Positions 1 to 11,600 of a DNA stretch of 64,000 nucleotides are shown in pieces. Position 1 is the stretch's first letter, and each line of letters begins with the position of its first letter. The DNA is from Azolla caroliniana. Taxonomy: Eukaryota; Plantae; Polypodiophyta. The position numbers and the translations under genes were made by a program. Under the pieces are notes generated by a model, which saw only the letters and a list, made by a program, of their open reading frames with translations, searched no databases and was not told the DNA's origin. Location: positions 1 through 64,000 of the forward strand of contig JBHGNT010000025.1 in NCBI GenBank assembly GCA_043228905.1. Direction: 5' to 3'.

Positions 1-3000
1 AGGAGCCCTTGAGTAAATTAAAATGTTCATACCTGGCTCGTGTGATATCGGATTTGTGTGTTCAAACATGCGAATCGAAGCTAAGAACGCTAGCTATTAT
101 ATGGAAATAAAAAATCAAGATTTTGAAACTCAGGTCGAGAGACATGACGAAATTACCAAATTTGAGGAGGGAGTTGAGAGGAGCCCTTGAGTAAATTAAA
201 ATGTTCATACCTGGCTCGTATGATATCGGATTTTTGTGTTCAAACCTGCGAATCGAAGCTAACAACACTAGCTATTATATGGTATTAAAAAATAAAGATT
301 TTGAATCTCAGGTCGAGAGACATGAAGAAATTAGCAATCTTGAGGAGGGAGTTGAGAGGAGCCCTTGAGTAAATTAAAATGTTCATACCTGGCTCGTGTG
401 ATATCGGATTTGTGTGTTCAAACATGCGAATCGAAGCTAAGAACGCTAGCTATTATATGGAACTAGGAAATCAAGATTTTGAAACTCAGGTCGAAAGATA
501 TGAAGAAATTAGCAATCTTGAGGAGGGAGTTGAGAGGAGCCCTTGAGTAAATTAAAATGTTCATACCTGGCGAGTGTGATATCGGATTTTTGTGTTCAAA
601 CATTCGTATCGAAGCTAAGAACGCTAGCTATTATATGGAACTAAAAAACCAAGATTTTGAAACTCAGATCGAGAGACATGACGAAATTACCAAATTTGAG
701 GAGGGAGTTGAGAGGAGCCCTTGAGTAAATTAAAATGTTCATATCTGGCTCGTATGATATCGGATTTTTGTGTTCAAACCTGCGAATCGAAGCTAACAAC
801 ACTAGCTATTATATGGTATTAGAAAATCAAGATTTTGAAACTCAGGTCGAGAGATATGAAGAAATTAGCAATCTTCAGGAGGGAGTTGAGAGGAGTCCTT
901 AAGTAAATTAAAATGTTTATACCTAGGTCGTGTGATATCGGATTTGTGTGTTCAAACATTCCTATCGAAGCTAACAACGCTAGCTATTATATGGAACTAA
1001 ATAATCAAGATTTTGAAACTCAGGTCGAGAGATATGAAGAAATTACCAAATTTGAGGAGGGAGTTGAGCGGAGCCCTTGAGTAAATTAAAATGTTCATAC
1101 CTGGCTTGTGTGATATCGGATTTTTGTGTTTAAACATTCGTATCGAAGCTAACAACGCTAGCTATTATATGGTATTAAAAAATCAAGATTTTGAAACTCA
1201 GGTCGAGAGACATGACGAAATTACCAAATTTGAGGAGGGAGTTGAGAGGAGCCCTTGAGTAAATTAAAATGTTCATACCTGGCTCGTGTGATATCGGATT
1301 TTTGTGTTCAAACATTCGTATCGAAGCTAACAACGCTAGCTATTATATGGAACTAAAAAATCAAGATTTTGAAACTCAGGTCGAGAGACATGACGAAATT
1401 ACCAAATTTGAGGAGGGAGTTGAGAGGAGCCCTTGAGTAAATTAAAATGTTCATACCTGGCTCGTGTGATATCGGATTTTTGTGTTCAAACATTCGTATC
1501 GATGCTAACAACGCTAGCTATTATATGGAACTAAAAAATCAAGATTTTGAAACTCAGGTCGAGAGACATGACGAAATTACCAAATTTGAGGAGGGAGTTG
1601 AGAGGAGCCCTTGAGTAAATTAAAATGTTCATACCTGGCTCGTGTGATATCGGATTTTTGTGTTCAAACATTCGTATCGAAGCTAACAACGCTAGCTATT
1701 ATATGGAACTAAATAATCAAGATTTTGAAACTCAGGTCGAGAGATATGAAGAAATTACCAAATTTGAGGAGGGAGTTGAGAGGAGCCCTTGAGTAAATTA
1801 AAATGTTCATACCTGGCTCGTGTGATATCGGATTTCTGTGTTCAAACATACGTATCGAAGCTAACAACGCTAGCTATTATATGGAACTAAATAATCAAGA
1901 TTTTCAAACTCAGGTCGAGAGACATGACGAAATTACCAAATTTGAGGAGGGAGTTGAGAGGAGCCCTTGAGTAAATTAAAATGTTCATACCTGGCTCGTG
2001 TGATATCGGATTTGTGTGTTCAAACATTCGTATCGAAGCTAACAACACTAGCTATTATATGGAACTAGGAAATCAAGATTTTGAAACTCATGTCGAAAGA
2101 TATGAAGAAATTAGCAATCTTGAGGGGGGAGTTGAGAGGAGCCCTTGAGTAAATTAAAATGTTCATACCTGTCTCGTGTGATATCGGATTTTTGTGTTCA
2201 AACATTCCTATCGAAGCTAACAACGCTAGCTATTATATGGAACTAGAAAATCAAGATTTCGAAACTCAGGTCGAGAGACATGAAGAAATTAGCAATCTTG
2301 AGGAGGGAGTTGAGAGGAGCCCTTGAGTAAATTAAAATGTTTATACCGGGGTCGTGTGATATCGGATATGTGTGTTCAAACATTCGTATCGAAGGTAACA
2401 ACGCTAGCTATTAAATGGAACTAAATAATCAAGATTTTGAAACTAAGGTCGAGAGATATGAAGAAATTACCAAATTTGAGGAGGGAGTTGAGAGGAGCCC
2501 TTGAGTAAATTAAAATGTTTATACCTGGGTCATGTGATATCGGATATGTGTGTTCAAACCTTCGTATCGAAGCTAACAACGCTAGCTATTAAATGGAACT
2601 AAATAATCAAGATTTTGAAACTAAGGTCGAGAGACATGACGAAATTACCAAATTTGAGGAGGGAGTTGAGAGGAGCCCTTGAGTAAATTAAAATGTTCAT
2701 ACCTGGCTCGTGTGATATCGGATTTTTGTGTTTAAACATTCGTATCGATGCTAACAACGCTAGCTATTATATGGTATTAAAAAATCAAGATTTTGAAACT
2801 CAGGTCGAGAGACATGACGAAATTACCAAATTTGAGGAGGGAGTTGAGAGGAGCCCTTGAGTAAATTAAAATGTTCATACCTGGCTCGTGTGATATTGGG
2901 TTTTATGTTCAAACATACGTATCGAAGCTAACAACGCTAGTTATTATATGGAACTAGAAAATCAAGATTTTGAAACTCAGGTCGAGAGACATGACGAAAT

Positions 3001-5600
3001 TACCAAATTTGAGGAGGGAGTTGAGAGGAGCCCTTGAGTAAATTAAAATGTTCATACCTGGCGAGTGTGATATCGGATTTATGTGTTCAAACATTCGTAT
3101 CGGATTTATGTGTTTATACCTGGGTCATGTGATATCGGATATGTGTGTTCAAACATTCGTATCGAAGCTAACAACGCTAGCTATTAAATGGAACTAAATA
3201 ATCAAGATTTTGAAACTCAGGTCGAGAGATATGAAGAAATTAGCAATCTTGAGGAGGGAGTTGAGAGGAGCCCTTGAGTAAATTAAAATGTTCAGACCTG
3301 GCTCGTGTGATATCGGATTTGTGTGTTCAAACATGCGAATCGAAGCTAACAACGCTAGCTATTATATGGAACTAGAAAATCAAGATTTTGAAACTCAGGT
3401 CGAAAGATATGAAGAAATTAGCAACCTTGAGGAGGGAGTTGAGAGGAGCCCTTGAGTAAATTAAAATGTTCATACCTGGCTCGTGTAATATCGGATTTTT
3501 GTGTTCAAACATGCGAATCGTAGCTAACCACGCTAGCTATGACATGGTATTAAGAAATCAAGATTTTGAAACTCAGGTCGAGAGACATGAAGAAATTAGC
3601 AATCTTGAGGAGGGAGTTGAGAGGAGCCCTTGAGTAAATTAAAATGTTCATACCTGGCTCGTGTGATATCGTATTTTTGTGTTCAAACATTCCTATCGAA
3701 TCTAACAACGCTAGCTATTATATGGAACTAGAAAATCGAGATTTTGAAACTCAGGTCGAGAGACATGAAGAAATTAGCAATCTTGAGGAGGGAGTTGAGA
3801 GGAGCCCTTGAGTAAATTAAAATGTTCATACCTGGCTCGTGTGATATCGGATTTTTGTGTTCAAACATGCGAATCGAAGCTAACAACGCTTGCTATTATA
3901 TGGTATTAAAAAATCAAGATTTTGAAACTCAGGTCGAGAGATATGAAGAAATTAGCAAACTTGAGGAGGGAGTTGAGAGGAGCCCTTGAGTAAATTAAAA
4001 TGTTCATACCTGGCTCGTGTGATATCGGATTTGTGTGTTCAAACATTCGTATCGATGCTAACAACGCTAGCTATTATATGGTATTAAAAAATCAAGATTT
4101 TGAAACTCAGGTCGAGAGACATGACGAAATTACCAAATTTGAGGAGGGAGTTGAGAGGAGCCCTTGAGTAAATTAAAATGTTCATACCTGGCTCGTGTGA
4201 TATTGGGTTTTTATGTTCAAACATACGTATCGAAGCTAACAACGCTAGTTATTATATGGAACTAGAAAATCAAGATTTTGAAACTCAGGTCGAGAGACAT
4301 GACGAAATTACCAAATTTGAGGAGGGAGTTGAGAGGAGCCCTTGAGTAAATTAAAATGTTCATACCTGGCGAGTGTGATATCGGATTTATGTGTTCAAAC
4401 ATTCGTATCGGATTTATGTGTTTATACCTGGGTCATGTGATATCGGATATGTGTGTTCAAACATTCGTATCGAAGCTAACAACGCTAGCTATTAAATGGA
4501 ACTAAATAATCAAGATTTTGAAACTCAGGTCGAGAGATATGAAGAAATTAGCAATCTTGAGGAGGGAGTTGAGAGGAGCCCTTGAGTAAATTAAAATGTT
4601 CAGACCTGGCTCGTGTGATATCGGATTTGTGTGTTCAAACATGCGAATCAAAGCTAACAACGCTAGCTATTATATGGAACTAGAAAATCAAGATTTTGAA
4701 ACTCAGGTCGAAAGATATGAAGAAATTAGCAACCTTGAGGAGGGAGTTGAGAGGAGCCCTTGAGTAAATTAAAATGTTCATACCTGGCTCGTGTAATATC
4801 GGATTTTTGTGTTCAAACATGCGAATCGTAGCTAACCACGCTAGCTATTATATGGTATTAAGAAATCAAGATTTTGAAACTCAGGTCGAGAGACATGAAG
4901 AAATTAGCAATCTTGAGGAGGGAGTTGAGAGGAGCCCTTGAGTAAATTAAAATGTTCATACCTGGCTCGTGTGATATCGTATTTTTGTGTTCAAACATGC
5001 GAATCGAATATAACAACGCTAGCTATTATATGGAACTAGAAAATCGAGATTTTGAAACTCAGGTCGAGAGACATGAAGAAATTAGCAATCTTGAGGAGGG
5101 AGTTGAGAGGAGCCCTTGAGTAAATTAAAATGTTCATACCTGGCTCGTGTGATATCGGATTTTTGTGTTCAAACATGCGAATCGAAGCTAACAACGCTTG
5201 CTATTATATGGTATTAAAAAATCAAGATTTTGAAACTCAGGTCGAGAGATATGAAGAAATTAGCAAACTTGAGGAGGGAGTTGAGAGGAGCCCTTGAGTA
5301 AATTAAAATGTTCATACCTGGCTCGTGTGATATCGGATTTGTGTGTTCAAACATGCGAATCGAAGCTAACAACGCTAGCTATTATATGGAACTAGAAAAT
5401 CAAGATTTTGATACTCAGGTCGAGAGATATGAAGAAATTAGCAAACTTGAGGAGGGAGTTGAGAGGAGCCCTTCAGTAAATTAAAATGTTCATACCTAGC
5501 TCGTGTGATATCGGATTTTTGTGTTCAAACATGCGAATCGAAGCTAACAACGCGAGCTATTATATGGAACTAGAAAATCAAGATTTTGAAACTCAGGTCG
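1..5600. repeat. Satellite subfamily A (more heterogeneous domain, ~31 monomers)
   Basis: Every monomer has 'gtaaattaaaatg', never 'gtacatt'. Domain-specific variants include 'aacattcgtatcg', 'accaaatttgaggaggg', 'actaaataatc', 'gatttgtgtg' and 'gggtcatgtg', plus many private SNPs. Confidence 0.92.
2735..5354. repeat. Tandem duplication, period 1307/1308 bp (7 monomers + 62 bp), two copies
   Basis: Rare markers are repeated: 'tattgggtttt(t)atg' at 2894 and 4201, the aberrant junction at 3101 and 4409, 'ttcagacctg' at 3291 and 4599, 'gtgtaatatc' at 3483 and 4791. The copies differ by several SNPs and a T4/T5 indel. Confidence 0.9.
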
Positions 5601-8600
5601 AGAGATATGAAGAAATTAGCAATCTTGAGGAGGGAGTTGAGAGGAGCCCTTGAGTACATTAAAATGTTCATACCTGGCACGTGTGATATCGGATTTTTGT
5701 GTTCAAACATGCGAATCGAAGCTAACAATGCTAGCTATTATATAGAACTAAAAAATCAAGATTTTGAAACTCAGGTCGAGAGATATGAAGAAATTAGCAA
5801 TCTTGAGGAGGGAGTTGAGAGGAGCCCTTGAGTACATTAAAATGTTCATACCTGGCGCGTGTGATATCGGATTTTTGTGTTCAAACATGCGAATCGAAGC
5901 TATCAACACTAGCTATTCTATGGAACTAAAAAATCAAGATTTTGAAACTCAGGTCGAGAGATATGAAGAAATTAGCAATCTTGACGAGGGAGTTGAGAGG
6001 AGCCCTTGAGTATATTAAAATGTTTATACCTGGCTCGTGTGATATCGGATTTTTCTGTTCAAACATGCGAATCGAACCTAACAACGCTAGCTATGATATG
6101 GAACTAAAAAATCAAGATTTTGAAACTCAGGTCGAGAGATATGAAGAAATTAGCAATCCTGACGAGGGAGTTGAGAGGAGCCCTTGAGTACATTAAAATG
6201 TTCATACCTGGCGCGTGTGATATCGGATTTTTGTGTTCAAACATGCGAATCGAAGCTAACAACGCTAGCTATGACATGGTATTAAAAAATCAAGATTTTG
6301 AAACTCAGGTCGAGAGACATGAAGAAATTACCTAATTTGAGGACTGAGTTGAGACGACCTAGTAGGTAAATTAAAATGTTTATACCTGGCTCGTGTGATA
6401 TCGGATTTTTGTGTTCAAACATGCGAATCGAAGCTAATCACGCTAGCTATGACATGTTATTAAAAAATCAAGATTTTGAAACTCAGGTCGAGAGATATGA
6501 AGAAATTAGCAATCTTGAGGAGGGAGTTGAGAGGAGCCCTTGAGTACATTAAAATGTTCATACCTGGCGCGTGTGATATCGGATTTTTGTGTTCAAACAT
6601 GCGAATCGAAGCTAACAACGGTAGCTATTATATGGAACTAAAAAATCAAGATTTTGAAACTCAGGTCGAGAAATATGAAGAAATTAGCAATCTTGAGGAG
6701 GGAGTTGAGAGGAGCCCTTGAGTACATTAAAATGTTCATACCTGGCGCGTGTGATATCGGATTTTTGTGTTCAAACATGCGAATCGAAGCTAACAACGGT
6801 AGCTATTATATGGAACTAAAAAATCAAGATTTTGAAACTCAGGTCGAGAAATATGAAGAAATTAGCAATCTTGAGGAGGGATTTGAGAGGAGCCCTTGAG
6901 TACATTAAAATGTTCATACCTGGCGCGTGTGATATCGGATTTTTGTGTTCAAACATGCGAATCGAAGCTAACAACACTAGCTATTCTATGGAACTAAAAA
7001 ATCAAGATTTTGAACCTCAGGTAGAGAGATATGAAGAAATTAGCAATCCTGACGAGGGAGTTGAGAGGAGCCCTTGAGTACATTAAAATGTTCATACCTG
7101 GCGCGTGTGATATCGGATTTTTGTGTTCAAACATGCGAATCGAAGCTAACAACGGTAGCTATTATATGGAACTAAAAAATCAAGATTTTGAAACTCAGGT
7201 CGAGAAATATGAAGAAATTAGCAATCTTTAGGAGGGAGTTGAGAGGAGCCCTTGAGTACATTAAAATGTTCATACCTGGCGCGTGTGATATCGGATTTTT
7301 GTGTTCAAACATGCGAATCGAAGCTAACAACACTAGCTATTCTATGGATCTAAAAAATCAAGATTTTGAAACTCAGGTCGAGAGATATGAAGAAATTAGC
7401 AATCTTGACGAGGGAGTTGAGAGGAGCCCTTGAGTACATTAAAATGTTCATACCTGGCCCGTGTGATATCGGATTTTTGTATTCAAACATGCGAATCGAA
7501 GCTAACAGCGGTAGCTATTATATGGAACTAAAAAATCAAGATTTTGAAACTCAGGTCGAGAAATATGAAGAAATTAGCAATCTTGACGAGGGAGTTGAGA
7601 GGAGCCCTTGAGTAAATTAAAATGTTTATACCTGGCGCGTGTGATATCGGATTTTTGTGTTCAAACATGCGAATCGAAGCTAACAACGCTAGCTATGACA
7701 TGGTATTAAAAAATCAAGATTTTGAAACTCAGGTCGAGAGACATGACGAAATTACCTAATTTGAGGACTGAGTTGAGACGACCTAGTAGGTAAATTAAAA
7801 TGTTCATACCTGGCTCGTGTGATATCGGATTTTTGTGTTCAAACATGCGAATCAAGCTAACAACGCTAGCTATTATATGGAACTAAAAAATCAAGATTTT
7901 GAAACTCAGGTCGAGAAATATGAAGAAATTAGCAATCTTGAGGAGGGAGTTGAGAGGAGCACTTGAGTATATTAAAATGTTTATACCTGGCTCGTGTGAT
8001 ATCGGATTTTTGTGTTCAAACATGCGAATCGAAGCTAACAATGCTAGCTATTATATGGATCTAAAAAATCAAGATTTTGAAACTCAGGTCGAGAGATATG
8101 AAGAAATTAGCAATCTTGAGGAGGGAGTTGAGAGGAGCCCTTGAGTACATTAAAATGTTCATACCTGGCGCGTGTGATATCGGATTTTTGTGTTCAAACA
8201 TGCGAATCGAAGCTAACAACACTAGCTATTCTATGGAACTAAAAAATCAAGATTTTGAAACTCAGGTCGAGAGATATGAAGAAATTAGCAATCTTGAGAA
8301 GGGAGTTGAGAGGAGCCCTTGAGTAAATTAAAATGTTCATACCTGGCTCGTGTGATATCGGATTTTTGTGTTCAAACATGCGAATCGAAGCTCACAACGC
8401 TAGCTATGATATGGTATTAAAAAATCATGGTTTTGAAATTGAGGTCGAGAGACATGAAGAAATTAGCAATCTTGAGGAGGGAGTTGAGAGGAGCCCTTGA
8501 GTACATTAAAATGTTCATACCTGGCGCGTGTGATATCGGATTTTTGTGTTCAAACATGCGAATCGAAGCTAACAACGCTAGCTATGATATGGTATTAAAA

Positions 8601-8699
8601 AATCAAGATTTTGAAACTCAGGTCGAGAGATATGAAGAAATTCGCAATCTTGAGGAGGGAGTTGAGAGGAGCCCTTGAGTACATTAAAATGTTCATACC

Positions 8700-11600
8700 T
8701 GGCGCGTGTGATATCGGATTTTTGTGTTCAAACATGCGAATCGAACCTAACAACGCTAGCTATGATATGGAACTAAAAAATCAAGATTTTGAAACTCAGG
8801 TCGAGAGATATGAAGAAATTAGCAATCCTGACGAGGGAGTTGAGAGGAGCCCTTGAGTACATTAAAATGTTCATACCTGGCGCGTGTGATATCGGATTTT
8901 TGTGTTCAAACATGCGAATCGAAGCTAACAACGCTAGCTATGACATGGTATTAAAAAATCAAGATTTTGAAACTCAGGTCGAGAGACATGAAGAAATTAC
9001 CTAATTTGAGGACTGAGTTGAGACGACCTAGTAGGTAAATTAAAATGTTCATACCTGGCGCGTGTGATATCGGATTTTTGTGTTCAAACATGCGAATCGA
9101 AGCTAACAACACTAGCTATTCTATGGAACTAAAAAATCAAGATTTTCAAACTCAGGTCGAGAGATATGAAGAAATTAGCAATCTTGAGGAGGGAGTTGAG
9201 AGGAGCCCTTGAGTAAATTAAAATGTTCATACCTGGCTCGTGTGATATCGGATTTTTGTGTTCAAACATGCGAATCGAAGCTCACAACACTAGCTATTAT
9301 ATGGAACTAAAAAATCAAGATTTTGAAACTCAGGTCGAGAGATATGAAGAAATTAGCAATCTTGAGGAGGGAGTTGAGAGGAGCCCTTGAGTACATTAAA
9401 ATGTTCATACCTGGCGCGTGTGATATCGGATTTTTGTGTTCAAACATGCGAATCGAAGCTAACAACGGTAGCTATTATATGGAACTAAAAAATCAAGATT
9501 TTGAAACTCAGGTCGAGAGATATGAAGAAATTAGCAATCTTGAGGAGGGAGTTGAGAGGAGCCCTTGAGTAAATTAAAATGTGTATACCTGGCGCGTGTG
9601 ATATCGGATTTTTGTGTTCAAACATGCGAATCGAAGCTCACAACGCTAGCTATGACATGTTATTTAAAAATCAAGATTTTGAAACTCAGGTCGAGAGACA
9701 TGACGAAATTACCTAATTTGAGGACTGAGTTGAGACGACCTAGTAGGTAAATTAAAATGTTCATACCTGGCTCGTGTGATATCGGATTTTTGTGTTCAAA
9801 CATGCGAATCAAGCTAACAACGCTAGCTATTATATGGAACTAAAAAATCAAGATTTTGAAACTCAGGTCGAGAAATATGAAGAAATTAGCAATCTTGAGG
9901 AGGGAGTTGAGAGGAGCCCTTGAGTACATTAAAATGTTTATACCTGGCTCGTGTGATATCGGATTTTTGTGTTCAAACATGCGAATCGAAGCTAACAATG
10001 CTAGCTATTATATGGAACTCAGGTCGAGAGATATGAAGAAATTAGCAATCTTGAGGAGGGAGTTGAGAGGAGCACTTGAGTATATTAAAATGTTTATACC
10101 TGGCTCGTGTGATATCGGATTTTTGTGTTCAAACATGCGAATCGAAGCTCACAACGCTAGCTATGACATGTTATTAAAAAATCAAGATTTTGAAACTCAG
10201 GTAGAGAGACATGACGAAATTACCTAATTTGAGGACTGAGTTGAGAGGAGCCCTTGAGTACATTACAATGTTCATACTTGGCTCGTGTGATATCGGATTT
10301 TTGTGTTCAAACATGCGAATCGAAGCTAACAATGCTAGCTATTATATGGAACTAAAAAATCAAGATTTTGAAACTCAGGTCGAGAAATATGAAGAAATTA
10401 GCAATCTTGAGGAGGGAGTTGAGAGGAGCACTTGAGTATATTAAAATGTTTATACCTGGCTCGTGTGATATCGGATTTTTGTGTTCAAACATGCGAATCG
10501 AAGCTAACAATGCTAGCTATTATATGGAACTAAAAAATCAAGATTTTGAAACTCAGGTCGAGAAATATGAAGAAATTAGCAATCTTGAGGAGGGAGTTGA
10601 GAGGAGCCCTTGAGTACATTAAAATGTTTATACCTGGCTCGTGTGATATCGGATTTTTGTGTTCAAACATGCGAATCGAAGCTAACAATGCTAGCTATTA
10701 TATGGAACTAAAAAATCAAGATTTTGAAACTCAGGTCGAGAGATATGAAGAAATTAGCAATCTTGACGAGGGAGTTGAGAGGAGCCCTTGAGTACATTAA
10801 AATGTTCATACCTGGCCCGTGTGATATCGGATTTTTGTATTCAAACATGCGAATCGAAGCTAACAGCGGTAGCTATTATATGGAACTAAAAAATCAAGAT
10901 TTTGAAACTCAGGTCGAGAAATATGAAGAAATTAGCAATCTTGACGAGGGAGTTGAGAGGAGCCCTTGAGTAAATTAAAATGTTTATACCTGGCGCGTGT
11001 GATATCGGATTTTTGTGTTCAAACATGCGAATCGAAGCTAACAATGCTAGCTATTCTATGGAACTAAAAAATCAAGATTTTCAAACTCAGGTCGAGAGAT
11101 ATGAAGAAATTAGCAATCTTGAGGAGGGAGTTGAGAGGAGCCCTTGAGTAAATTAAAATGTTCATACCTGGCTCGTGTGATATCGGATTTTTGTGTTCAA
11201 ACATGCGAATCGAAGCTCACAACACTAGCTATTATATGGAACTAAAAAATCAAGATTTTGAAACTCAGGTCGAGAGATATGAAGAAATTAGCAATCTTGA
11301 GGAGGGAGTTGAGAGGAGCCCTTGAGTACATTAAAATGTTCATACCTGGCGCGTGTGATATCGGATTTTTGTGTTCAAACATGCGAATCGAAGCTAACAA
11401 CGGTAGCTATTATATGGAACTAAAAAATCAAGATTTTGAAACTCAGGTCGAGAGATATGAAGAAATTAGCAATCTTGAGGAGGGAGTTGAGAGGAGCCCT
11501 TGAGTAAATTAAAATGTGTATACCTGGCGCGTGTGATATCGGATTTTTGTGTTCAAACATGCGAATCGAAGCTCACAACGCTAGCTATGACATGTTATTT

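Noticed and set aside
160-190. 'aggagg' Shine-Dalgarno-like motif or G-quadruplex in gaggagggagttgagaggag
   Set aside because: There is no appropriately placed gene in this satellite context, and only one GGG run per monomer, insufficient for a canonical G4.
62-268. 68-aa minus-strand ORF
   Set aside because: Chance stop-free stretch in two divergent satellite monomers.
9856-10227. 123-aa ORFs (also 11791, 15479, 17414, 21102) and the 115-aa ORF at 40151
   Set aside because: They are frame fusions produced by the 22-bp deletion (156 bp = 52 codons) and the -12-bp junction. Nothing supports expression or selection.
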